64,000 nt of DNA from Rotaria socialis (taxonomy: Eukaryota). The first letter of the stretch is position 1, and the number at the start of each line of letters is the position of its first letter. The notes beneath the pieces were generated by a model. That model was not told the origin of the DNA. It searched no databases and saw only the letters and a list, made by a program, of their open reading frames with translations. A program made the position numbers and the translations under genes. This document shows, in pieces, positions 24,193-38,632 of this stretch. The stretch spans positions 124,001 through 188,000 of the forward strand of contig CAJNYD010000048.1 in the NCBI GenBank assembly GCA_905331295.1. Reading direction: 5' to 3'.

Positions 24193-26611
24193 ATGGCAAC
24201 GAAAACATCATCGAGTGGAAATGGTAATGTTCAAGCGCTTCGAAGTATGTGGAATTCAAAGATACAAGACGAGGAAAAGTCGAAGCAAGAAACATCAATT
24301 GTATCGGGCTCAGAACAAGAAAAGCAACTACCGAAAAGTAGAACATCTACTATGAAAATTACCAAAGACAGATCTATTGCTGCAAGAGTAAACGATGAAT
24401 CGCCGATCAAATTTAACAATGATAGTAAGAAATTCGATTATCATAGATTTTTTTTTGAAACAAAAAAATTACTTTTATGATATTAGAAATAAATTTATCG
24501 CAAGTATTTAAATCTCTGCATTGTATGTTTTAGAAACAGCTATTTTGAAACGCTCCGAAGGATTGCAGTCGATCGAAGAGAATAAAACTTTATCGATTCC
24601 TTTACCGAAACTTGAAATCACTTTCAAAGGTGAAGGTCAACTCCTAGCAACTCTTGAACAGTCTACCGTTCGGATGGATAAAATTATAAATAAAAACCCA
24701 AATATCTTTCGTAAAGATGCAAACCAGAGTGGTGTTCGTAATTGGCAAAAAGCTCGCCTTGTTATTCGTAGCACTCGTGCGTTTAATCAAACAAGACGAG
24801 CATCAGATACTCTTCCACCACTACTGATGAAAACACAGTTGCATAGACAACGATCTCGTGCGGATAGTACGGATAGTAAATTTAATGAAGCATCATTTCA
24901 ACAATGTGTTAACTACTTCAGTAAGGATAAAGAAAACAAGAGAGATTCTTCGCCTATACGACGAAAACTCAAACGTTCGGTATCAGATTCCAAGTCATGT
25001 ATGCGTCGTAATAAACTAGATGAATCCATATCTCAATATGAAATGTTGCTTCGTCATTTAAAAAATGATGAGCAATTCATAACAGAACATCCTTCGTCAT
25101 CACCGCAATCATCAACATTTTTGAAACAACGGCAGACATCATTTGGTCATCCACAAATCAGTACGATAGTAGCAAAAGAAAAAGAACAAGAGCAGATATT
25201 TCCTAAAGCGTTTAGTTCAAAACGGCAAACACAATCATCGTCAAGAAATATTGGACGAACGTTTTCGGAATTTATAGCCAATGATCTTTTCTTATTGTCA
25301 ACACCTAGTGGCCTACGATCGTTAAGTATTTCTCATGCATCCTCTCAAACAGATATGGCTGAATCAATTCAGCATATACACGATCAAACAGCTATTCCAT
25401 CGGAAAAAAATTCTACTCCTGCATCGAATGAAAACACTGTCGTAGCAAATGAAGAAGTCCAAATTGTTTTAAAGGAATTAGATAATATACTCAATAGCAA
25501 AGATCAAGAAAGATCACTCACATCCAATAGTCAAATCAATGTTATTGTTGTCAATTTACCAGCCGTTTCAAAAGAAGAAAAAGTAAGAAAGGGAAGACAT
25601 TGATTAAATAGAATAGCTTATTATTTACTACAGATTCCATCATCAGAGAAACCATTAATGCAACGTTTATTCGAAGGAAAAAAGACAGCATACAATACAG
25701 ACGAGCTTGAAATGAAATCAGTTCGACTACGTGAGCTGCTTCAATAAGTTTTCTTTCTTTGTATTTTAAATATTAAATTCCTTGTCTTTAGCTGAAGATA
25801 TGATACCAACATATGAGATTGCGAGAGCAAAGGCTTTTTTCGATTCAGAAACACTTCTGGTAGGTATACAAAATTTCGCCATGGCAATCATTTGTTTACT
25901 TGATGTGGATTTATAGTATACGACAAAAATGATTAAAATTAGTCGCCGAGGTTATAAACAACATGCGCGAATACTTTGTATTACAAGTGAACGACTATGT
26001 AATATAACGAAAAAAAAGCCATATCCTAAAGAAGCAGTATTTTTAAATCAAATACTTGGTGTGACTTGTACACCTTATAAAGATGATTTTGTGTGTATAC
26101 ATACAAAAGAAGTTCACGGTGATCGAGTAAGACAGTTGTTTTAGTAGATTTTATATAAGAGCGAATTTCTGTTTTTCTTTAAAATATTTCAAGGGCGATT
26201 GGCTCGCTGTTGTGGATCATCCATGCGAATTTATTACACAATTATTTATGGTTATGGGGCGCGATAATAATTCTGATGGTTTTCTTAAAATTAAAACACA
26301 GTAAAAATAAATTATTGATTTTAATTTTAGGATTGTCTTTATTTAGTTAGTTTTTAGATTTACACATTGTCGTCGATTTATTGGAGAATGTAAAACTAGA
26401 AATTCAATTTTGATTATTGTACTTCTCTTGTTTCGTTTCTATTTTATAGCAATGCCAATTGACTGTACCATCTCGACTGTAAAATGTGACAATTTTTTAA
26501 TTAAAAAGACCAATTTTGATGCAATAACGATTGTAAGAAAAAAAAACATGAGAGATTCATTTCAATATTTTAGTTTTCTTTTTCTCATTTTTATTTTAGT
26601 ATACGTCCTGA
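24193..26611 (+). CDS. Protein with a long low-complexity N-terminus and a C-terminal myosin-I tail homology 1 (TH1/PH-like) domain; multi-exon
   Basis: Manual splicing gives LMQRLFEGKKTAY...ETLLYTTKMIKISRRGYKQHARILCITSERLCNI...LNQILGVTCTPYKDDFVCIHTKEVHGDRGDWLAVVDHPCEFITQL. This parallels Myo1 TH1 (LFKGKKxxY...KYDRKGYKPRSRQLLLT...LTGISVSSLSDSLFVLHV...KGDVVLQSDHVIETLTK). Inferred stop TGA at 26609-26611. Confidence 0.72.
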
Positions 26612-26896
26612 TCAAGTTATATGTTTTTATCGACGACACTTTTTTTATTGCTTTTTGCGACTACATCTGTTGTTTGTATAATTAAACTCAATGTTGCTTT
26701 GCATACGTTAGTCATGGTTTAGAGAAAATAATCAAAAATACTGTAATGTAGTTATGCGCACGTTGAAATGAAGAGCGCAATAAAATCAATGATGCGCATC
26801 GATCACGCGGTCTTGCCGTTAACAAGAAAAATCACAAATATGTTTACTTTACGAGTCTAACATATTCGTTTTTTCTTGTCTTTCTCTTTCATTCTC

Positions 26897-28661
26897 GAGC
26901 CTTTCCGCGTAAGCCACAATATATTCATGTAGGAGCTGCTCAATCGATGGAAACCGATTTGACTCCTTTATGTATAGGTTTATAGGGGTAAGAGTTTGAT
27001 GAATTTCTGCGCAAGCCGTTTCAAAAAATATTGTTTCGTTCCCGAGATATTCAATTTTTCTGAGAGCACCCTCCGAAAAAGATGACATTTTTTGAGATTT
27101 TTTGTAACATTCATATTTATTTATGAGTACAACTGTTTTGGTTGAATTTTCTATTATAAGTCGATCTTAGTTTTATCTATTTTCCTTAAAAGAGACAAAC
27201 TCAAATAGGTGAGTCATCTGTGAGTTGGTCGGAGCAACAAAATCGAGGAAAATTTCTAATTTTTTCGACTTTGTGCATGTATATAACGGTTGAACAGTTT
27301 CTATCAGAAAGCTGAAATTTTGTCCACTGGGAGATCTTATCAAGTACTAACTCTGATAAAATATTCAGCTCTTCAACTAGCTCACTATGACTCAGGGGAT
27401 CATCGTTAAAAAAGAAACTTTGATCAAAATCACCATTTTCAGGAAGAAATATTTATAGCAAAATTAGGTCTGTAGAAGTTCTGTCATTATGATTTCAAAC
27501 TGCATACATAGTACTACAACGTTCTGCAAAAATTAGGATCGGACAAACTATATTGCCGTTCAGAGCGTTATCTGAAGTTGAGTAAAAGAGCTGTATATTT
27601 TAAGCAAAATTCTTTCAGATTTGTTCCGGAATAAATAACAACATGATATAGTAGAAAGAAACTTACTATCTACTTTAGGTGAGCACACAATTCTCTACTC
27701 ATTGAGGTATAAAGATCCTTTGAAAGTGAGAAAAAAAATATTGTGATAAAAAATCATGAAGGGGAGCGCAGCATTTGTTTCATTATCGAAATCCCTGCAC
27801 TCCCCTCCATGATTTTTTATCGCAATCTTTTTTTTCTTACTTTCAAAGGATTTTTATGCCTCAATGAGTATAAGAGTGTGTGCTCATATATAGTCGATAG
27901 TAGGTTCCTTTCTATTATGTAAAATTGTCACTTATCTGCGAACAATTTTAAAATAAGTTAGCTTACAACATACCACTTTTCCCCTCATTTTCAGATAAGG
28001 CTGTGCTGAGCAATATACATGATCCCATCCTAATTTTTGCAGGACTTTATAGTACTATGTGTGCAGTTTGAAACCATAAAAACAGAACTTCTACAGACCT
28101 GCTTTTGCTCTAGATAGCTCTTCCCAAAAATGGTCATTTTGATGAAAATCGCATTTTTGACGAGAACCACCTTCGTCTTAAAAGTTAGTTACGGGGCTGA
28201 AATTTCTATCAGAGTAAGTAATAATCAAGATTTCATTGTAACCTAAATTTCAGCTCTCTTATATAACTCGTTCAAGCCGATAAGTACACGCACAAAATCG
28301 CAAAAAGTGAGAAAATTTTCATGAATTTTGTTGTTGCAATCAACTCTTTCACGATTAAAGCATTTGAGTTCGGTTCTTTTGGGAAATATACATCCACTAG
28401 AGGTAGGCTGACACCAAATATTTCAACTTACATGAAAGAACTTTTGAAGAGATATTCATATCAGAAAAAGTTGTAAAAAATGTCATTTTTTACGAGGGTG
28501 CTCTCAGAAAAAATCGAATATCTCGGGAAGGGAGCCATGTTTTTTGAAACAGCCTGCACAAAAATTCATCAAACTCTTTCCCCTACAAACGTATACAGAA
28601 ACAAGTCGAATCGGTTTCCATCGATTGAGCAAAGTCGGTCGTGACTTACGCGGAATGGCTC
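26897..28661. mobile_element. Non-autonomous foldback DNA transposon (~880-bp imperfect inverted arms), Sola2-like
   Basis: Left end GAGCCTTTCCGCGTAAGCCAC vs reverse complement of right end GAGCCATTCCGCGTAAGTCAC (19/21). TCTC on both flanks (26893-26896, 28662-28665). Arms stay alignable to a ~12-nt centre near 27777-27788. No transposase ORF. Confidence 0.85.
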
Positions 28662-29000
28662 TCTCGTAATAGTGTGCGTCTTGTTAATGTTTGTTTTCGA
28701 AGTTGAAAAACTCGTCAGCAACATAAATAAATATATTCACCTATCTAATACTCTTGAATATAAGGGTAACGAATAGAAAAATCATGTGACTATTTGCAAG
28801 AACTATACGATCAACACGACTAGTTTATCATACTGTTGAGACTGTACAAAACGAAAAGATAAACGAGTCTTCACGCATTTGCGTCTTATTCTCACGATTC
28901 ATATCCTTTGATTTTATCTTAGAAAAAAAATTATTTTGCTGTAAACTAACGAGAAAAGCACATTACGTGAGTACTATATTTCATACTTTAGGCCACATCA

Positions 29001-32000
29001 ATGACAATTAAAGGTCGATTAGTGAATTGTTTTCGTTCCATTGTACCAAGTATTTTATTTTATGGAATATTAATAGGTTTTATTGCATTTATTCTTTTTA
29101 TATTAAGGTAAGCGGACGAAAAACAATGAGCAAGGTGGCAACACTTTTGAAAATTTAAAAAAAGAAGTTAGCATCGATGAACATAAAATACCACTAGATG
29201 AACTTATTGAACGTTATCAAGCAAATGTAGAACAGGGCCATACCACTGCAAGAGCGCGAGAATTCTTAGAAACAAATGGGCCAAATTCATTGACACCACC
29301 ACATGAAGTACCTCAATGGGTGAAATTTGTTAAACTACTTTTCGGTGGATTTTCCGGTTTACTTTGGGTAAGTAAATTTAAAGAAGAAAATGTGTATTCG
29401 TAATTAACAGAAATTAAATAGGTTGCTGCTGTACTTTGTTTGGCTGCTTATGCAGCTCAAGTCGGCTCAGATCCAACAACGCCAAAAGATAATTTATGGC
29501 TAGGCATTGCATTAATAGTAGTCGTTGTTATCACGGCCGTATTTGCTTATTATCAAGAAACAAAAGCAGGCAAAATTATGGAATCATTTAAAAAAATGGT
29601 TCTTTTCATTTAGAAGTTCATTAAATATATAAGATTGGAATTTTTGGTTTTTTTTCGATAGGTTCCGCAACAAGCTGTTGTTATGCGTGACGGTCAGAAA
29701 CTGGAAATAGCTGCTGAAGAATTAGTTGTCGGCGACATTGTTTTTATTAAAATTGGAGATAAAACACCAGCTGGTAGATTTCTATGAATATTACTTGAAA
29801 AATAAATAATACTAAATAATCTCTCTATCGTAGATATTCGAGTGTTATCATCTCAAAGTTTTAAAGTTGATAATTCGTCACTAACAGGCGAAAGTGAGCC
29901 TTTATCTCGATCACCTGATTGTACTCATGATAATCCACTTGAAACAAAGAATCTTGCTTTTTTTAGTACTTTTGCTGTTGAAGGTACAAATTATATTGTT
30001 TTTCTTCTCATATTCATATGTCAAAAATGTTTAGGTTCATGCACTGGTATGGTTATTCGAACAGGTGACAATACTGTCATGGGAAGAATAGCTGCATTAG
30101 GTAAAGTAGACTTTATAGTTCTAATAAAGACTTTTCCAATCTTTTTTTTCATTCTCGATTGATGAGAGCATATACATTAAAAAAAACTTAAGGCAATAAT
30201 AAATCATTTTTCAGGTCACATCACACATAAAATCTTGAGAAGTTATAGTTAAGTTTGAACAAACTGTAATATACTACAGATCTTTCTAAATCTCCAAAAT
30301 TAGATTCACTATTTGGATACACATTTTTGTATTAATGAAATTCGGTCATTTTTTCTACATTCTACAATCCTATTATTATTCTGGTCAAAATCTGATATTA
30401 TTTTGTTTTTGTGAATTAAATTTTAATAGCAAGTGGCCTTGGTAATGAGATATCACCGTTAAATGTTGAAATTAATCATTTCGTTCATATTGTCACAGCT
30501 GTTGCTGTTAGTTTCGGTGCCATTTTTCTTGTAATTCTTCTTGCTCTTGGTACTGGTATTTTGCAAGCATTGGTTTTTGTTATTGGTATCATTGTATCAA
30601 ATGTACCGGAAGGTCTTTTAGCAACGATAACTGTCATGTTGGCATTAACAGCTCAACGTATGGCAAAAAAGAAATGTTTAGTTAAAAACTTAACGGCTGT
30701 CGAAGCACTTGGTAGTGTATCAACCATATGTTCAGACAAAACTGGTACATTGACACAAAATCGTATGACGGTTGCACATTTATGGTTTGATAATTCAACT
30801 GTTAGCGTTAGTTTATCACATACACATGATGCTGAATTAATTTTTGAAACTCCAGTTAAAGATCATGTAACAGGCGCCGACACAACAAAAGTTGATTTTG
30901 AGCGTCCTGGTTATAAAGCACTTTTACGATGTGGTATGCTATGTGCTAAAGCTGTGTTTAAAGTAAATTTCTCTTTTTTTTTCCATAAATTATTCGAAAT
31001 CTTCTATATTGTTATTCTCTATTTTAGCCCGATGAAGAAAATATGAGTAAACCACCATTACAAAGAAAAGTTAACGGTGATGCCAGTGAAACAGCCATAC
31101 TTCAATATTCTGAAATTGTTGCTGGCAAAGTGGAAGAATATCGTGCGAAAAATAAACGTGTTTGTGATATTCCATTTAATAGTGCAAATAAATATCAAGT
31201 ATCTGTACATGAAACTGATGATGATGATCAACGACATTTAGTTGTGGTAGAATATTGTTTCATTTTCTTAGAAAGTTTATATTTAAAGATTCTTAATTTC
31301 GTTTTTTCTTCTTCTTAAGATGAAAGGTGCACCTGAACGAATACTAGAACGATGTCAAACAATCTTTATTAATAACCATGAATATCCTTTAGACGATGAA
31401 TGGACACGGAAATTTAATGATGCTTATATGCAATTAGGAGGTTTAGGTGAACGTGTTCTTGGCTTTTGTGATATGCGTTTACCATTAGGAACTTTTCCTA
31501 GAGGATTTAATTTCGATCCAGATAATGTAAATTTTCCATTGCAAAACTTGAGATTTTTGGGGTTTGTTACTTTGATCGATCCACCGCGGCCAGGTGTTGC
31601 TGATGCTGTCGCAAAATGCCGTACAGCTGGTGAGCGATTTTACACATATATATTGAAAAGAGATAGACATTTTATTTTTATTTTTATCAATATGTAGGTA
31701 TTAAAGTTATTATGGTTACTGGTGATCATCCAATTACTGCTAAAGCTATAGCAAAAAGTAAGTTAAATTTTTCAAGTGTCAAATCTATATGAATATTGAT
31801 TGAGTAGGTGTTGGTATTATTACATCGGATACAGGTATAGAAGAAATTGATTGAGGAATTTCTTACGAAATGTCTTGTTCGTATTTATAGCGCAAGATCT
31901 AGCTGAGCGCTTAAATATATCTCCAAATTTTGTTGATTCAAGAGATGTACGTGCCATCGTTGTGTCTGGTGCTGAGCTAGCAGAATTATCCTCTCATCAA

Positions 32001-33898
32001 TTAGATGAAGTATTAACACTTCATCGTGAAATTGTATTTGCTCGAACGTCTCCTCAACAAAAATTGATTATTGTCGAAGGTTAATTGTTGTTGTCAAACA
32101 GTTTTTCCAAACATAAATTGAATACTATTAATAGGTTGTCAAAGGCAAGGCTGGATTGTGGGTGTAACAGGGGATGGTGTCAATGATTCACCGGCTTTAA
32201 AAAAGGCTGACATTGGAATATCAATGGGTAAGATTTACTTGAAAAAAATCTCCTTCTCTCTGTTTCTTAAAAGAGGATTTCCCACATATTTAGTTTAGAG
32301 AGAAAATGACCTTGTTTGAAAGATCGCTCTTCATCTCTGATTTGAAACTGAATTATGAGATGTCATTCTTATCGATTCTTTGTTGATTTTGTTTTTGTCA
32401 ATCGTGTTTACAAACCATTGGCTGTTTAACATTTTGAATAATCAAGACACTCCTTCAAAAACAAAGGAATCAGTGCTAATAATTGATTCAACTGAGTACC
32501 GAATCGAACAAACTTTCTGAAGTGTGGCGATTCCATGAAATACTAGGCACGAGTCTGATAATAAAACATAGTGTCAACGTAGTAATAGTGATAAATCGGA
32601 AGTATCTATGAATAAATCTTGGGCTTTTGCTTAAAGAAATAATGTGACTAATATCTTGGCATCTTATTCGATATTAAACATTTTTCGAACCTATCAAATG
32701 CTTATCAGATGCTGGTAAATGGCTTGAGTAATTGCAGAATTTTAACATGTAGAAATCTTTTTTGGCAAAATAAATACCGGTAAGCTAGATTGTACTCGAA
32801 CATTAACCCGGTGGTTCGATTTCAAGACCTTGTATCTATCAGCTGTCTACTTGTTAACAAAATTATTTTCTTTGTATATTTGAAAATAGGTATAACTGGC
32901 TCTGATGTAAGCAAGCAAGTTGCCGACATGATATTACTTGATGATAATTTTGCAACTATTGTTAGTGGAATCGAAGAGGGTCGACTTATATTTGATAATT
33001 TAAAAAAAGTGATTGCTTACACATTCACTAAAAATTTGGTCGAATTATTACCGTTTCTTCTTTATGTTGTTGCTGATGTTCCACTTGCATTGAGTACTAT
33101 TACTATTTTATGTATTGATTTAGGTACTGATATAGTTCCAAGTATCTCATATGCATACGAAAAAATTGAGGCTGATATTTTAGTAAGCTAGAAATTTACA
33201 CTCATATTTTCAGCTTTCTTCTCTCTCTCTCTCTATATATATATATTTTTTTTTCCCCGTCTATTAGAAACGACCACCGCGTAAGAAAACAGATAAAATG
33301 GTAACAAGTCAAATGGTTACACTTTGTTATGGGCAAGTAGCCATGCTTGAGGCAAGTGGTGCATTTTTTGCTTATACAGTTGTCATGGCTGAGAATGGGT
33401 TTTGGCCATCGAGACTTATTGGTTTACGCGAAGCCTGGGAATCAAAATCAGTTAATGATCTTCGAGATAGTTATGGTCAAGAATGGACATATGAACAAAG
33501 GTAGTTGTGGTAGTAATTTCCATTATTGAAGATTCATTCTTTTCTGTTCGATTAGACATAATCTTGATTTAGCTGCACAGACAGCTTATTTTATTGGTGT
33601 CGTTATTTTACAATTTGCTAATTTATATGGTAACAAAACGAGTCGTCGATCTGTATTTCAACAGGGAATATTTGGTAATAGGTTTATGGTATTCGCCATG
33701 GTATTTACTATTGGCCTAGCGTGTTTTCTTCTTTATGTTCCAACACTTGATCGAGCGCTTAATCTTGCTCCAAATCGATTTCTTTGGTGGTTACCACCCA
33801 TACCATTTTTCTTGTATTTATTTGCATTCAATGAAGCACGAAAGTTTTTTATTCGAAAATATCCCGGTCGATTTCCAGCGCGTCAACTTACTTATTAA
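29001..33898 (+). CDS. P-type IIC ATPase alpha subunit (Na+/K+- or H+/K+-ATPase family), divergent; multi-exon
   Basis: [40 protein letters not shown], phosphorylation motif [81 protein letters not shown]. Stop at 33896-33898. Confidence 0.96.
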
Positions 33899-35678
33899 AA
33901 TTATTTAATATGATTATGTTGAACATATTTTATTTCTTTTTTGCAATTATTCTATTTATACAAACTTTCTATAACTTTTTTTGTTTGTTTTGAATAGTTC
34001 TTATTTAAGTATCGAAGGATTCAATAGATTTTTCAGTTACGGCAAAGTAACAAAATAGAAAAAATAAACAGCTTAGATGAAGACTATGAAAAAAGAAACA
34101 GATTGATGATTTCATTTCGAAACTTATAAATAATTATGTTGGATTACAAGCATAAACGAGTGAGTCATGTCTTGTATTTTTTTTCGTTTTCACCGAACGA
34201 ACAAAGCAAACGGAAAAAATAATGTTTGCTCAAAATAGAATTTTTTGCTTTTATTGTGTTAGACGTATTTTGAAGTTGTCTCAATAGATGATATGGTATA
34301 CGTTCTTTTTCCTTTTTTTCGCGTTTCATTTTATTATCTTATATACCTTGGGAGTTTACAGATTAGATCTACGATTGATGAAGAAAGTTTCGAATATGCA
34401 AAAGATAAGTTTTGTTTTCAATATTAGGTAAGTTTTCGCAGTCAAAGCCAAAAAAGACTCTATTTATAAAAGCCTATTCATTTTTTTTTTATCAAAATCT
34501 GAGCATAATCGAAATCTTGAATGAATCAACACATTCTTTTGTCATGGAAATTTGCCCTCACTAAATACAAAAATCGATGTATAACAAATCATGCGAGTTG
34601 TTTCATGTAAACAGACGAATTCATATACTATTTCACGCATTATCAAAGTAGCCAACGTATGGTACTGGTCATGACAGTGACTTTAGTGGTTTCAGTCGTC
34701 TATAAATTGTAGGAAATACTAAATATGTCCTTGGTGATTATGCGCTGAAAAAGCTGTGGGTTATAGATGACCGAGATCGAATCAAGACTCTAATTTGTTA
34801 TACACGTGTTGTTTACTTGATGTTTTTTTTGTAGTAGTCATTTATTCGGAAAAAAAGAGTGAAACTAAACCTCAAATATGAAGTTTTCTACCATTATTGT
34901 TAGTAAACGAAATCACTACAGGCTATAGATATATAATCGCGATATTTCCTGTTTGGTGACTAGCTGGATAAGAAGAATAAGAGACTCAGTAAAATCTTTG
35001 GAAATCTAAATATAATCTTGAATTTTTACAGTATTATGCTGAACGAATGATATAGTCGCAATAATCTTCTGTTCAACTTAATGAACTTCGGATGATGATT
35101 GAAATATGATCACGAGAATATTTGTCAACAATCATATTCATCTGTAAGCACGTGAGTGTAGTCGAGTGCTTCTCATCTTCTGAATGACGTACTGATGATC
35201 CTAAAAGTTGCAAAGGCGTAAGATAGTATGATCAATACTATGCTTTCATTTGATAGCCGCACGCACTCACACCCGATGATTGTTCTTTGTTGTTTTTTAA
35301 TTTTATGCAGAATAGCTCGCTTGAAAGCACATAGAAGTATTCTATTCTTATCTTGATTATGATTTTTGCGGCATCTATAATCGATTTGGAAAAGAGAATG
35401 GCGTACTAAAGTTTGTAATTGGTCCGTTCCAGTCGTGCCAATTCGATGAATCATTCAGTATGTTTTCAGTTTTTCATAACGGCATCGTTGGATTTCGGTT
35501 TTGACGTTAATCACAAAATCGATATATCATGACTCAACTGAATGCACCGTATTTATTTTCCTTGTAGATAAAGTTTCTTTTATTCAACAACGAGAATTTT
35601 TAAGAAAGATCAATTCATCGTCAAATACATTGAATGTTATTTTCAATTTAATACAATTAATTATATTCAAATTCTAGC

Positions 35679-38632
<2,954 letters not shown>

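Noticed and set aside
26849..27088. 79-aa minus-strand ORF as a transposase fragment
   Set aside because: It lies in the TIR, runs out of the element, and shows no DDE-like motifs.
34193..34205. CCGAACGAACAAA, complementary to the first 13 nt of miR-375
   Set aside because: The match does not extend to a full mature miRNA or a proper precursor, and it lies beyond an AATAAA (~34063) that probably ends the ATPase 3' UTR.
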